From the NCBI RefSeq assembly GCF_006345805.1, contig NC_043021.1, positions 7,502,001 through 7,566,000 of the forward strand: a stretch of 64,000 bases of DNA, in the 5' to 3' direction. The stretch comes from Octopus sinensis (lineage: Eukaryota). Made by a program: the position numbers and the translations under genes. Below are positions 24,949 through 39,697 of this stretch, one piece after another. How positions within the stretch are numbered: position 1 is the first letter of the stretch; each line of letters starts with the position of its first letter. A model generated the notes under the pieces. It had not been told where the DNA came from, searched no databases, and saw nothing but the letters and a program-made list of their open reading frames with translations.

Positions 24949-25979
24949 GCATGATTTTCAGTGACAACTACATAATATTTAACACCATACTCTTACTCTT
25001 TTTACTCTTTTACTTGTTTCAGTCATTTTGACTGTGGCCATGCTGGAGCACCGCCTTTAGTCGAGCAAATCAACTCCAGGACTTATTCTTTGTAAGCCTA
25101 GTACTTATTCTATCGGTCTCTTTTGCTGAACTGCTAAGTTACGTCCCCGTAATCCAAATGCTGAAGGGTTAAGGTGCTACAACCACTTTAAGATATTAGT
25201 CTTGAAAAGAGTGGTGCAGCTGTAATCTTCCCATATGAGGGTTATTCAAAGGCCTCGAACCAAATAACAAGCCAAGCAAATGAAGATATTTTATCACTGC
25301 TAGTAAGTAGAATAACATATAAAAACTACAATGTTTAGGAATCTGAAACTTAATTTATTTCTATGCAATAAAACTAGGAATTACTATTATCAACATCATC
25401 ATTTTAATGTCCAATTTTACATGCTGGGACAAGCCAGATGAAATTGAATGAGGCAGAATTTCTATAGCTGGATGCCCTTCCTGTCACCAACCCTCGCCTG
25501 CTTCAAGCAAGGCAATATTTCTCCATGGCCAGATGTGTTTCTTGCAGAACATTGAGTATATAGTAACAAAGGCCTGTATATGAAATGACAATGTATATAA
25601 CAACATCTATGTATACATGTATACATTGTGTATATTGTAACAGATGCCTTTATATAAAATAACAATGTATGTAGAAATATGTATACATGCTTACACTTGG
25701 TATATAGTAATATATGCCTATATATGAAATGACAATGTATAGAGTAGGGTGTATTATATACATACTGAACATAAGTCTATATAAGAAATAATTGCATATT
25801 TAACAACATATGTTTGTATATGAAATAACATTGTGTATATAACTACATATATGTATACATACTATAGCATTGTGTATATAACATATATTATAAGAGCTTT
25901 TAAGCAGTCAAAATGTCTTTGATAAGAAGGAATGGAAAATCAAATGATACTGGTGCAAGTAGATATATTTTAAGATAAA

Positions 25980-26038
<59 letters not shown>

Positions 26039-26786
26039 ATATATATGTATATATATGTATATATATATATGTATATATAAAAGAGGCCAAACAGGAGAGA
26101 GAGAGAGCAATGAGAAAAGGAGAGTTCAAGCATGAGAGAGAGAGAGAAGAGGGAGAGTGAGGAAGAATGAGAGAAGAAAGGATGAAAGAAGTCAGAAAGA
26201 AGTGGAAAGAGAAGAGAGAAAACAGAGGAAGACAAGCAGACAGGTAGACAGACACCTAACTTGAGAATGTAATTGAATATTTAGATGCTGCTCAGAATTT
26301 TATATTTCCTGAATAGACTCTCTCCACATACACACACACCTTCCCAGAATTACCATTCGGAGTAACACCATTGATCACAAGTGTCCTATGGCAGGGCTGC
26401 CCTGGGACTATGCTACAACAACCACTGTTACTAATACAACAACTACATATAATATATAATACAGCAACTATGATATAATATTGAATATAACTTCTACTAC
26501 TACTAAAATGAATTCTTCTACCACTACTACTACTACTGCAATCATGATGACAATTATTGCAACTACTATTTCAATGGTATGGGCAGTCTTGGTTTGTTGG
26601 AAGGTTTAACACCACCACCAGTCCCTGGGTGCCTTCAGTAGAGTCCATTCTGTTGAAAGCATTCAAGCCCCAGGTTTCTGGCCTGACAAAAATTTTCTCC
26701 TACAAATCCAGAAGGCCCTGAAATATGTCATGAGTACTGCTCTTCTTCTCTTATGATTTCTAATACATATAACACATAGTGAGTGT

Positions 26787-26834
<48 letters not shown>

Positions 26835-27295
26835 TGTGTAATATATATAATTAAGATTACATTGAATTAGGTACTTAAATTGAGGTACCTTGCTAGGTTG
26901 GTATAATCCACATACCCAAACAATATTATCATCATCATCATCGTCGTCGTTTAACGTCTGTTTTCCATGCTAGCATGGGTTGGACGGTTCAACTGGGGTC
27001 TGGGAAGCCAGGAGGCTGCGCCAAGCCCAGTCTGATCTGGCAGTGTTTCTACAGCTGGATGCCCTTCCTAATGCCAACCACTCCGAGAGTGTAGTGGATG
27101 CTTTTTACGTGCCACCGGCACAGGTGCCAGACAAGGCTGGCAACGGCCACAATCGGATGGTGCTTTTTACGTGCCACCGGCACCAATTGAATATTGAACA
27201 CCAAGACTCTCTGCAGGGGTGTTTGTACCTGAATGTTCCTACTTGAATCGGCTATAATGAATTGACACCTGTACATCTTTGTTACTCATTTATAC

Positions 27296-27337
<42 letters not shown>

Positions 27338-27792
27338 TATATTATATTATATATATACACAATACACAAACCATGTAACCGCAATAGCATTATGTGATGC
27401 TCACATAATTCACGCAGATCACATTTTCATCTATTTCTTGCTCTATTGCAGCTGATGATGATGAAGATAACAAAAGGAATTTATACGTAGTTTCTTAACA
27501 CTACCTAATGTATTAGACGAATCAAATTTTTTTCTTTCATTATCATATTTGAACATCCGTTAACTTTCCTTTAAATATTCCAAGCATAACAAACAATTTA
27601 AGTCAATTATCATTTATCATGCAACAATTGATAAATAGTCATTGACATGCTAGCAAATAAATAAATCTGTGTACATGTCAGTTTATTTATCCAACCTCTA
27701 TCACTTCAAATTATATTTCTATTGAAGATCCTCAAAACAGTAAAATGCCTTACAGTTTTGTCCAATATTTGCAAATGATAAAATATTAATCC

Positions 27793-28048
27793 TTAACCCT
27801 TTCACTATCAACCTGGCTGAAACCAGCTCTGGCTCTGAGAACAAATATCTTGTTTTCATAAGTTTTGAATTAAAATCTTCTGCCAAACCTTAGTCACAAT
27901 TTATATTTCTAACACGAGATGAATAACTAAGTTATTTTACTAACACGAGATGAATAACAAAGTTATTTTACTAAATTCTGTGTTATATTTTAAGTAATTG
28001 AAAGAAACACAGAGCATCTCAAAATAAATACAGTAACGAAAAGGTTAA
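27793..28048. mobile_element. piggyBac-like MITE; inverted copy at 57387-57614
   Basis: TTAA-CCCTTTC...GAAA(A/G)GG-TTAA termini. Confidence 0.7.
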
Positions 28049-28595
28049 ATTGTTTATTTTCATTACATATTCATTCTAAGCATTAAAATAATTTAATTCA
28101 CTTAACCACCTTGGAAAACTGCACACTGTCTTTAAGCATAGAGACAGGTTACAGGACAACTTGTTAACCAACAAAGAAGTTGTGGATGAACCTAGAATCA
28201 ATTATCTGTAACTTCTGAATGCTAGTTATTGATTACATCTCAGTGTTATAAATTTGTTAAAACAAATTTGGAATGAGCTACACAATAAGCAACATTGAAG
28301 CTTTCAAAAAAAAAAGAGAGAGAGAGAGAAAACCAACTTCATGCAGATCTTCAGAGTTACATGCATGCCAAGGATATGAAATTTTTTTAAAGTATAAAAT
28401 CTTTTTAAAATCTCCCAATTCATTATAAGGTTATATATATAACCTTAAAATGAAATAACCTTAGCTATAGAATATTTTTGATATTCAAAATCCTGTATGG
28501 TTCATAGAAATGGTTACAATAACTCGTAGGTTAGCAGAAATGGTAAAAATGCTGGATGAAATGACAAGCCCTTCTCTTCTACAATTTGAGTTGTG

Positions 28596-29158
28596 TCAGT
28601 TTTGCCTTATACCCCAGTCATGCAATCAATTTTGCCTTATACAGTCATTTCAATTATGAAATCAGTTTTGCCTTATACCCCAGTCATGAAATCAATTTTG
28701 CCTTATATAGTCATTTCAATTATGAAATCAGTTTTGCCTTATACCCCAGTCATGAAATCAATTTTGCCTTATACAGTCATTTCAATTATGAAATCAGTTT
28801 TGCCTTATACCCCAGTCATGAAATCAATTTTGCCTTATACATTCATTTCAATTATGAAATCAGTTTTGCCTTATACCCCAGTCATGAAATCAATTTTGCC
28901 TTATACAGTCATTTCAATTATGAAATCAGTTTTGCCTTATATCCCAGTCATGAAATCAATTTTGCCTTATACAGTCATTTCAATTATGAAATCAGTTTTG
29001 CCTTATACCCCAGTCATGAAATCAATTTTGCCTTATACATTCATTTCAATTATGAAATCAGTTTTGCCTTATACCCCAGTCATGAAATCAATTTTGCCTT
29101 ATACAGTCATTTCAATTATGAAATCAGTTTTGCCTTATATCCCAGTCATGAAATCAAT
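28596..29158. repeat. 66-nt dimeric minisatellite (30+36 nt subunits), about 8.5 units
   Basis: Period of 22 codons visible in two plus-strand ORFs. Confidence 0.95.
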
Positions 29159-29278
29159 CAATCAACTATACTTCTTTAGAAATGTGTAATGTTTGCATGA
29201 ATGTAAGGAATTACTTGGTTGATGGAAACAAACTCAGTGCCAAATGTGTGGTACAACTACTACACTGCAATGTGTATC

Positions 29279-29544
29279 TTCTATCTTCTTTGTTATTAGT
29301 TCTAAAGCTGATACACCCACCCAATGCTTTATCTTGGATAATGGATTCTCATTCACTTTACTATCACTCACACACTCCTAGATTAATGAGTAAATCTCCA
29401 AATGGCTGGGAAAGTGAATAATGTATCCCTCATTTGCATAATACTATAAAACTCAGAAAGAAGACTCCAGACTGGGGGATCATTTGGGATGCATTAAGTG
29501 GTTTCAGAGACTGCAATCTTTATGACAAACTGAATACTAAATAC
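29279..29544. repeat. Dispersed segment, copy 2 of 3
   Basis: See 23582-23869. Confidence 0.92.
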
Positions 29545-30861
29545 TTGTGTAAGACATCATAGAGATACGGGAAACAGCAGAAACAGAATGCCTAATGTGT
29601 GGTGTTGTGCTAATGCAAAAAAGTACAAGAATGGAATAAAAACAGAAACAGATTGCTAAATGTGCATACTGTGGCAGAAACAGTACCAAGGCTGCAACAT
29701 TGCATCACACAGACACACAGTGCCAAATAAATGTTTTATGGTACTTAGTTGTCTATATTCTGAAGCAACGGTGATTTTCTAAGACAAAGGTAGAATTGTC
29801 ACAGACTGTATAGTCAGCCATCCTATATGATACACCCTAACCCTTTCTACTGTGTCAGAAATTCAAAGGTACCAAGATATATTAGGCCCTTCTATTCTTA
29901 AGAAAAAGTGAAATATGCAAAATAAGTCCCAATAATAGCTTTGTTTTTAAATAAACCAATTTCTACGTTGAACACAAGTACTGACTTTGTACCTCATCAA
30001 AAGAAATATTTTTTATCACAAGCAATGCCAATTATTATTATTATTATCATCATTATTATTATTAAAGGTGGTCAGCTGGCAGAATCGTTAGGACATTGGG
30101 CAAAATACTTAGCAGCACTTCATCTGCCACTATGTTCTGACTTCTAATTCTGCTGAGGTTGACTTTGCCTTTCCTCCTTTCAGGGTTGATAAATTAAGTA
30201 CCAGTAAAACACTGGGGTCGATGTAATCGGCTATTCCCCCCCCCACTACCACACACACAAAAAAAAAACAATTGCAAGCCTTGTGCCTGTATTAGAAAGG
30301 ATTATTATTATTATAATTGAAATGACAAGGTTATGGCATCAGATAAAACGCTTTGTGGTATTTGTTCCAACCCTTTATATCTGAGTTCAAATTCTGCTGA
30401 GAATATCTTTGCCTTTCATCCCATCAAGGTTGATGAAATACAGTACCAGTCATATACTGGGAGTTGATGGTATTGATTAATCCCCTCCTGCATCAGAAAT
30501 CCTTATTAACACCATCATTCCTATTTTAACATACATCTTCCTTGCTGGCATGGGCTGGAGGGTTTTACAGGATTTGACAGGTCTGAGGACTGCATCATGC
30601 CTGGATGTCTGCTTTGGCAGGATTTCTACAACAGAGTGCCCTTCCTAATGCCATCATTATTATCATTATTAAGGTGGGGAGCAAGCAGTATCACTGGAGC
30701 ATCAGACAAAATGCCTAAGATTACGGAGAGAGCAAAATCAGCCACTTCAACTGATCATAAACAGAAGCAAGTATGTGTGTGTGTGCACGCGCGTATAACT
30801 AGCTCTTCTTTAAAATATTAAATTCACAACCATCTTACAATATATCTTTAATCTGCTACTT

Positions 30862-31195
30862 TTCTATCTTTGTTATTAGTTCTAAAGCTGATACACCCAC
30901 CCAATGCTTTATCTTGGATAATGGATTCTCATTCACTTTACTATCACTCACACACTCCTAGATTAACGAGTAAATCTCCAAATGGCTGGGAAAGTGAATA
31001 ATGTATCCCTCATTTGCATAATACTATAAAACTCAGAAAGAAGACTCCAGACTGGGGGATCATTTGGGATGCATTAAGTGGTTTCAGAGACTGCAATCTT
31101 TATGACAAACTGAATACTAAATACATACAGACATGTTAAAACCTCAGATCTGAAGAAGAGAATAGAAAAGCTATTTCAATATCAAAGAATATCAT
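30862..31195. repeat. Dispersed segment, copy 3 of 3 (longest)
   Basis: See 23582-23869. Confidence 0.92.
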
Positions 31196-31257
31196 GAGCA
31201 AGACACTTTATTTCACATTACTCCAGTTCACTCAGCTGTAGAAATGAGTTCTGTCAA

Positions 31258-31490
31258 GGTGGTGAGCTGGCAGAAATGTTAGCACGCCGGGCGAAATGCT
31301 TAGCCGTATTTCATCTGCCGTTACGCTCTGAGTTCAAAATCTGCCAAGGTTGACTTTGCCTGTCATCCTTTCGGGGTCGATAAATTAAGTACCAGTTATG
31401 CACTGGGGGTCAATGTAATCGACTTAATCTCCTTGTCTGTCCTTGTTTGTCCCCTCTATGTTTAGCCCCTTGTGGGCAATAAAGAAATAA
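31258..31490 (+). mobile_element. SINE family C inserted into a family D-type SINE remnant
   Basis: AGAAATGAGTT is repeated on both sides (31240-31250 and 31490-31500). Confidence 0.8.
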
Positions 31491-32829
31491 GAAATGAGTT
31501 GTGATGTCACTGGTGCCACGCTGTATTGATATTTGCTTTTCCTTTGGATAAAATTGGTGGCACGGAGAGGAGAAGCTGGTACGCATGGGCGACTGCTGGT
31601 CTTCTACAAACAGCCTTGTCTAGACTGTTGACTCAGAGGGTAACTTTCTAGGTACAATCCCATAGTCATTCATGAGCAAAGGGGATCTTTACCATTTACT
31701 GTTTACCTATAAGTGATCATATTATGATAAGACTGATCGATCATCTTTGAAAATCCTGTGTATCAATGAAAAATAGTAACAGTAATCTCATTATCATCAT
31801 TTAATGTCCGTTTTGCATGCTGGCATGGGTTGGAGGCCTGACCAGAGCCGGTAAGGTTGGTGGCGGGGTGGTGCACTAGACTCCATTGTCTGTTTTGGCA
31901 TGGTTTGGCTGGATCCCCTTCCTAATACCAACCACTCCACAGATTATTCTGTGCCGATGAAGGAAAATAACCTGGAAATCACAATACACAGAAATTGTTT
32001 TGAGCTTGGTGGGGGTGCTAGATTCCTTGTTCGAAAATATAAGGACACAAATTGTGTTGTATAGCCAGCTGGAGACAATGTCCCCTGGGGCTAAATTACA
32101 GCAACATTCATCCCAAGCCAGGACTGCCATGTTGTGTTGGCAAACAATCTTTACTTCAAAGTACTGTTGCTGAATATTTCTCATTGTGAGATTTTAAAAG
32201 AGTAATTTTTAAAGAATTTCTTAGGTCTCTTTTTTGTTTATGATGAGAGGTGTCATTATTGCTTCTTATTAATGAAAAAAATCAAAATTGCGAAAAAAAA
32301 TTAAAATTCAGTCATATTATATTGATGATAATTCAGCCCCCTTAATATTCAGAACTGCTTCAAATATTTATCGATCCTTTGGAGAGTCACATAGACCCGC
32401 CCACCCAGGGCTCAGTCAATATTGACCACTCTGCTAATCCCTGGTTGCCAAATACATGCGCGCACACATACACACACACACACACACACACAATTAAATG
32501 GAATGTTCCATTACTTTAAAACAAGGAATATTGTAATTGTTCGATCAACTCAACTACTCAATCCCTAGAACTATATCCAAATGGCCGAGTATTCCAAAGA
32601 CATTTTGAAGCATTTCTCAGGCAGAATCATCATGACACACTGTTATAAGGCTAGCCCTCTTGAATTATAGTTACAATCTATTCTCCATCGACAGGACATA
32701 CACAGCTTCCATCTACCTAATTTCACCCCAGAAGGCTTGGATCAACCCAAGGTCTATGATTAAATATATTTGTCCTACAGTCAATGATGAAGCAAACTTC
32801 ACAAACGCACTTAGCTGAATACACTAGTG

Positions 32830-33048
32830 CAGTGCTTTTCAAATTTTTTGCTGGAGCAGAACCTCAAGGAAACATTCCACTGCCTCGAGGAACCCTTGTG
32901 CAATAATTTAATAGTCTTAAGCACACATATCTGCACAGGAGAATTAAAAATTACTGCCGATTTTAGCAGTTTTGTAACTTCTTGCGGAACCCCTGGACTG
33001 TACTGGCGGAACCCTAAGGTTCCGCGGAACCCTGGTTGAAAACCACTG
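32830..33048. mobile_element. hAT (Charlie-like) MITE, second copy
   Basis: TIRs as at 5377; 8-bp TSD CACTAGTG. Confidence 0.9.
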
Positions 33049-34312
33049 CACTAGTGTCTTCACAGACGTGTAAAAGGTGAAATTAAACTGGTCTGAAGAG
33101 ACGATCTGCTATATGGTCACACACTGTCATTATACCAAGTTTTATCTCCAGAATAAGACTGTGTTTAATTATAACAGTTAGTCTAATTACAGAAGTAATA
33201 TTTTGATAACAAAATAACTAATGAAACATGCAACTACTAATCAGCAACTACTGACATACAATGTTTGTTTTTTTTTAATAAGATTTCTGCTGATATTTCA
33301 AAAATGTTAAAAATTATGACCTTTTTATGCTTCCACTTTTTTTTTTTGTTTTTTAATAATCTTTTCATTGAACAGAAAATTGATATTGGAATATTAAATT
33401 AATGCAACAGAATCATTTTGCACACCTTTAATACCCCATCCAAACACACACACTTTTCTGATATATATTTCATCATTTACACACTATGGCAAAGATTTTA
33501 ATAATCTTATAAATATATATATATAAAAAAATAGGCATAGAAATATGATATAGAGAAATTTATTAAAAGAAAAATCAGAGAAATAGAAAAATAAGGAAGA
33601 GATAGAAAAAAGAAATGATAATCAGCGAAGAAACAAATAAATAATTGCGTAATGAAATAAAATAATAATAATAAAAATAATAATTAAGGAAAATGATAAG
33701 AAAACCAGTGAAAAAGAAGGGATCAAATAGTCAGGTGGAGAAAGAAGATTAAGTAAAGCTTGACAAATATTTAACATGGAGCTGATAACAAAGAAACTGA
33801 GACATGATTGGATGTTAAGCAGAGCAAATGTGGTTTATACATAGATGCAGAATGCCCTTCAACAAGAAAACAAGCTCTTGCATAGGAGTGCAGCGATACT
33901 GATACATAAATTGACATTCATAGCAACCAATGGCATCAGTTGATAGATGAACAATTTTTTTTTTGGAAGCTCCCCACCCCCCATACCAAAATGATTTTAA
34001 AAAAAAAAAAATAAGGAGAGGAAGGGAACATTACAGATGAATGCTTGTTTTGGAATTAAATGGTTTTCTATTTATTTTATTTATTTTCCATACATACACT
34101 GAGAAAGAAAAAAATCTAAATTATTTATGTAGGTACAAGGCCAGAAATTTAGGTGATGTTGGTCAATCAAATCAATCTTTATACCTGACTGATACTTTTA
34201 TTAATTCGGAAAGAATTATTTCTAATTTTGGAATAAGGCCAGCAATTTTGAGGGCAAGGGGTAAGCTGATTACATCGACCCCCAATGCTCAACTGATACT
34301 TATTTTATCAAC

Positions 34313-34800
34313 TCCAAAAGGATAAAAAGTCAAAATATACCCCAGCAGAATTTGAGCTCAGAATATAGCAAGCTCAAAGAAACAATTTGTCCAACATGTT
34401 AAAGGTTCTGCCAAGTTCACCACCTTATCAATTCCAAAAGAATGAAGAGCAAAGTTGATCTCATTTGGCAGATCAAATCCAAAAGGATAAAAAGTCAAAA
34501 TATACCCCAGCAGAATTTGAGCTCAGAATATAGCAAGCTCAAAGAAACAATTTGTCCAACATGTTAAAGGTTCTGCCAAGTTCACCACCTTATCAATTCC
34601 AAAAGAATGAAGAGCAAAGTTGATCTCATTTGGCAGATCAAATCCAAAAGGATAAAAAGTCAAAATATACCCCAGCAGAATTTGAGCTCAGAATATAGCA
34701 AGCTCAAAGAAACAATTTGTCCAACATGTTAAAGGTTCAGCCAAGTTTACCACCTTATCAATTCCAAAAGAATGAAGGCAAAGTTGATCTCATCTGGCAG
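34313..34800. repeat. 165-bp tandem triplication of a decayed family C-like SINE piece
   Basis: Units start at 34313, 34478 and 34643. Confidence 0.9.
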
Positions 34801-34845
34801 GAAATTGAACTCAGAACACAAACAATCAGAACAATGACCATAACT

Positions 34846-35059
34846 CTTTACACTTTTACTTCTTTCAGTCATTTGACTGTGGCCATGCTGGAGCACCGCC
34901 TTTAGCCAAGCAAATGGACCCCAGGACTTATTCTTTGGAAGCCTAGTATTTATTCTATCAGGCTCTTTTGCCAAACCGCTTAGTTACGGGGACATAAACA
35001 CACCAGCATCGGTTGTCAAGTGATGTTGGGGGGAAAAACACACACACACACGCACACAC

Positions 35060-35098
<39 letters not shown>

Positions 35099-35923
35099 TG
35101 TATATACTAAATAATTAGGGTTCAGCAAAGTTTTGCTTTACCACATACTGAAGCTTAGAAATAGCAGCCAAAAAACGTTAGCTATTTCTTCTACTTCAAA
35201 AGGGACTCCCAGAAAAACCAAAATACTTGAAAACAATCCACACAGGCAGAGAGGAAGAAGTAATGAAAATCAATCAATATCTGGTCACCTATGGACGCGC
35301 GTTTTGGAATTAGGTTGGAATGAAGAATATAAAATTATACTTTACCAACCGTTTTCCTCTTCAGCATAGGACCCATCAATAATTAAATATTGAAATATTA
35401 AATTCGAAGGTACTGGAATAATTGAACATATCTCTCCACCTAACGGTATCGGACAGATAATATTCAGCGTCAGTACCGCCAAATTCAAAACATGAATGAG
35501 GTTCAATCACCCTCCCCTGTCCACCCTCGTGTGTCTACAAGTAAACTACTACAGAAAAAAATCTGTAGCTTGTTATCAGGGAGAAAATTCTATTATCAGT
35601 AATAACAAATTATTTAGTATTACTTAAGTTTACCATAAAATGGTCCTTTTTTCATGCCGAACTCTACTTGGTGAAATTATTGATTACTTCTTAATTAATT
35701 AATTTTACCCTTTGTTATTATACATATATATATATATATATATATACACATTTATATATATGACGGGCTTTCGGTTTCCATCTACCAAATCCACTCACAA
35801 GGCTTTGGTCGGCCCGAGGCTATAGTAGAAGACACTTGCTCAGGGTGCCACGCAGTGAGACTGAACCCGGAACCATGTGGTTGATAAGCAAGCTGCTTAC
35901 GACACAGCCACTCCTGCGCCTAT
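34846..35923 (-). mobile_element. SINE family A split by an unclassified insertion of about 620 bp (about 35105-35725) in its internal microsatellite
   Basis: Tail half 34846-35100, head half about 35730-35923. Confidence 0.7.
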
Positions 35924-36379
35924 AAGGTAATTTTTCTGAAGATATGACAATTCTATAAATTCATTACGATTTAACCCTTTAGCATTCAGATTTCTGTACC
36001 AAACGTATTCCTTCTTTCTTGACGCTGTTTTGAATTAATCATGAATTATCTTGTAGCTTTGAGATTTCAATGATGTGATTGTGTATCTTTAAAATGACAT
36101 TGTAGCAGAAGTGTGAGAGGCTGGATCGGGTCAGTTTGAGCATAAAACAAGTAGAATATTTGGGTCAGATATGGCCAGTTTAAATGCTCAAGGGTTATAC
36201 AATTTCTTACATATGTTGAACCCTTATTTTGTCAAGTGTAATGCTTATTTATTCACAATGCAGCTTTTTAATCAATTATCTTTAATCTTTTGTTTCAGTC
36301 ATTAGACTCCGGGCATGCTGGAGCATCACCTTGATGAATTTTACTCAAATGAATCAAACAATGATGGAGGTAGTAGATG

Positions 36380-36390
36380 TTAGTAGTAGT

Positions 36391-36427
<37 letters not shown>

Positions 36428-36580
36428 TAGTAGTAGTAGTAGTAGTAGTTAGTAGTAGTAGTAGTAGTAGTAGTTAGTAGTAGTAGTTAGTAGTAGTAGT
36501 TAGTAGTAGTAGTTAGTAGTAGTAGTTAGTAGTAGTAGTTAGTAGTAGTAGTAGTAGTAGTTAGTAGTAGTAGTAGTAGG
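36380..36580. repeat. (TAG)n microsatellite with TAGT interruptions
   Basis: Direct observation. Confidence 0.9.
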
Positions 36581-36599
36581 AGGAGGAGGGTTGTGTAGG

Positions 36600-36832
36600 T
36601 ATTGGGTTAGTGCATAATTATTGTGGCTTTTTTTTTCAACAAAAACAACAATAGCAACATGTAACAAAAACATCTCTAAATAATTATTCCGGAGCATATT
36701 CACCATCCACTTCAATTACTTCTTCCCATTTATTTGGCAGACGGTCAGACCATCATTTAAAGATGTTTTCGTTAAATATTGTTATTGCCTTTGTTGAAAA
36801 AATGTCGCAATAATTATGCACCAACCCCAATA
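36600..36832 (-). mobile_element. Internally deleted mariner element
   Basis: TIRs TATTGGGTTAGTGCATAATTATTG / CAATAATTATGCACCAACCCCAATA; minus strand encodes DRLPNKWEEVIEVDGEYAPE*, like a mariner transposase C-terminus. Confidence 0.85.
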
Positions 36833-37734
36833 CAAGTCAGACCTGGGCGAGCAGATCTATGATCCGAAAGGCATTCCAGCCATGATTATATGCTCTGTTT
36901 TATCTCAGACTATACCTAGAACTACCATTATCCAATGAGACATTCATTTTTTTATTTTGATGCTTGTAAGATATTTGACTACTATTTCTAGCAGATTAAG
37001 CAACCACCATCCAGAGGCTCTTTCATTGGCTCAAGTTTCATTTATAAGGAAATAGAAATGACATTCTGTAAGGGTTATATTATTTTCCAGTGATATTAAG
37101 ACAGACACAAAATACATACATACAAATCCCGTTCGGTGGCATGTAAAAAGCACCATCCGACCGTGGCCGTTTGCCAGCCCTGTCTGGCACCTGTGCCGGT
37201 GGCACATAAAAAGCACCCACTACACTCATGGAGTGGTTGGCGTTAGGAAGGGAATCCAGCTGTAGAAACATTGCCAGATCAGACTGGAGCCTGGTGCAGC
37301 CTTCTGGCTTCCCAGACCCCAGTTGAACCGTCCAACCCATGCTAGCATGGAAAGCAGACACTAAATGATGATGATGATGAAATTCATATGCATACAATTA
37401 CACAGAGATAAGACCCCCTTTGGTCGTGAATGATCATCAGATTGCACCAAGAAAGTTACCCTGCAAGGCACAAGTCCAGGCAAGATAGTTTATGGAAGAC
37501 CATCTTCTCCTCTCCATGCCACCGATGTTATCCAAGGGAAAGGCAAAGGGGTCGATACAGCTTGGCACCAGTGACATCGCAACCCATGTCTGCAGCTGAG
37601 TGAACTGGGGGCAACATAAAATAAAGTGTCTTGCTGAAGAACACAACACAGTCTGGTCCAGGAATTGAACTCACTACCTCATGACTGTGAGCCTGATGTT
37701 CTACATACATACATACATACATACACACACAACA

Positions 37735-37998
37735 TATATCTAACTGGGAGGAAACGGCAAAAAACAGACCACTCTGGAAAACCACCATCCATGAGGGATG
37801 CAGAGCTGGAGGAGAAAAAACGATGACGACGGAAGGAGCGCCAACAACAACCACGTGCGACTCTCCCTTCCGGCACTAGATGTCCGCACTGCGACCGATC
37901 TTTTCAAGCAAGAATTGGTCTTGTCGGTCACCTATGGACTCACCAGTAAATTTGCGCGAAGACCATCATCCTCGACCTTGAGGGATTGCCATCATCAT
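37735..37998 (+). mobile_element. RTE-clade LINE 3' end with terminal C2H2 finger
   Basis: ELEEKKR*RRKERQQQPRATLPSGTRCPHCDRSFQARIGLVGHLWTHQ*, then a (CAT)n tail. Confidence 0.88.
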
Positions 37999-38269
37999 AT
38001 ATCCATGAGATGTTTCATCAAACAAGTATATATACCCATATTTATGAGGTAGATAAGAGTATATTTGACTAGGTTTCTACATTTCAAGTTTTCTTCAAAC
38101 AAGATTTTAAAAAAGTGACAGACACACAGACACTCATCATCAAGGATAAACCTAATCAATACATTGCCAAAAGTGTTTAACGAGTGTGATCTAGCATACA
38201 AGAGAAAGACAACTATGTTTAAATACTGACTCACAGGCAGAAACACACACACACACACACAAACACACA

Positions 38270-38300
<31 letters not shown>

Positions 38301-38445
38301 ATACAAGCATGCACATATGCATGTATGTATATTTATGTTTGTATGTAGGTGATGTGTGCACATGCATTCAGCTACCTGCAGGAAATGGAGTCAACAAAAG
38401 ACACCATCTGAAGTGCAAGAGTAAGATAACAAACAAGATATATGC

Positions 38446-38476
<31 letters not shown>

Positions 38477-38717
38477 CTCCCTCTCGCACTCACACACATA
38501 TGTATATACACATACACACTCATGCACACACACATACTCATACGAAGAAGAATGTTTATAAATAGTATATAGAAACAATACACAAGAGATAATTTTACAT
38601 GCTAAAACTAAAATAAATATACATGTATGGAAGTATTTATATACATACATATGTATGTATATATGCACACACATATATATATATATGCACACACACATAT
38701 ATATATATATATATATG

Positions 38718-38753
<36 letters not shown>

Positions 38754-39308
38754 CACATACTCACATACACACACACATTCTCAAATATGCACATAAACAC
38801 ATACATAAAAGAGTATGTACAGCCAGGCACACACATTCACACAACTTTGCACATGACTCTATACCCAAGTTTCAATACAAATAAAAACTCACTGATGCAA
38901 TTAGCAAGTCATCAACACACACACACACACAACACACACACACACAAGTTTAGATTCATGTGGGCTGATCTATCATTACCATCAGTAGTGAAAGGAATCA
39001 ATACATCCATGGAGAGATATCAGTGAACGGAGACAAAAGACAGAAGCAAATACTTCTTATTCCATTCTTTGAGAGAAAAGAGAATAAAGAAGCAAAGATA
39101 ATGCTTTTTCTTCCTTTTCCCTTTTCTCAAATGTCAGCCAAGGATGATTGTATGAGCAAAGAGCAATTTACTTGACTGTCTTCCTCTTAGTATGAACATA
39201 CTTACAACAAGAGAATAATGATAGAATAAATCTACAAGCAAGCTGAGCCAGCAATGCAGGGATGATTCAGGATGGAGTCAGTTCATTTCACTGAAGCTTC
39301 ATATACTA

Positions 39309-39648
39309 TTTTACTCTTTTACTTGTTTCAGTGATTTGACTGTGGCCATGCTGGAGCACCGCCTTTAGTCGAGGAAATCGACCCCAGGACTCATTTCTTT
39401 GTAAGCCTTAGTACTTATTCTATCGGTCTCTTTTTCCAACCGAACCGCTAAGTGACAGGGACGTAAACACACCAGCATCGGTTGTCAAGCGATGTTGGTA
39501 GGGGACAAACACAGACACACAAACATATACACATACACACATATATATATATATATATTATTTATATTTTTTAATTAATTTTTTTCTATGTATTGGCTTA
39601 TGATTTTCACTGTTTGATTTGCCTAATAGTGGTTCTATCTCTAATTTA

Positions 39649-39697
<49 letters not shown>

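Noticed and set aside
26352-26415. Possible exon with a GTAATT donor
   Set aside because: The open version is phase 2-1 and would frameshift; the symmetric version has an in-frame stop; no homology.
28586-29189. Two 197-198-aa ORFs
   Set aside because: Products of a 66-nt minisatellite; antisense to the host and lacking unique flanking coding sequence.
37798-38052. Protein-like ORFs on both strands
   Set aside because: Alternative frames of an RTE LINE 3' end.
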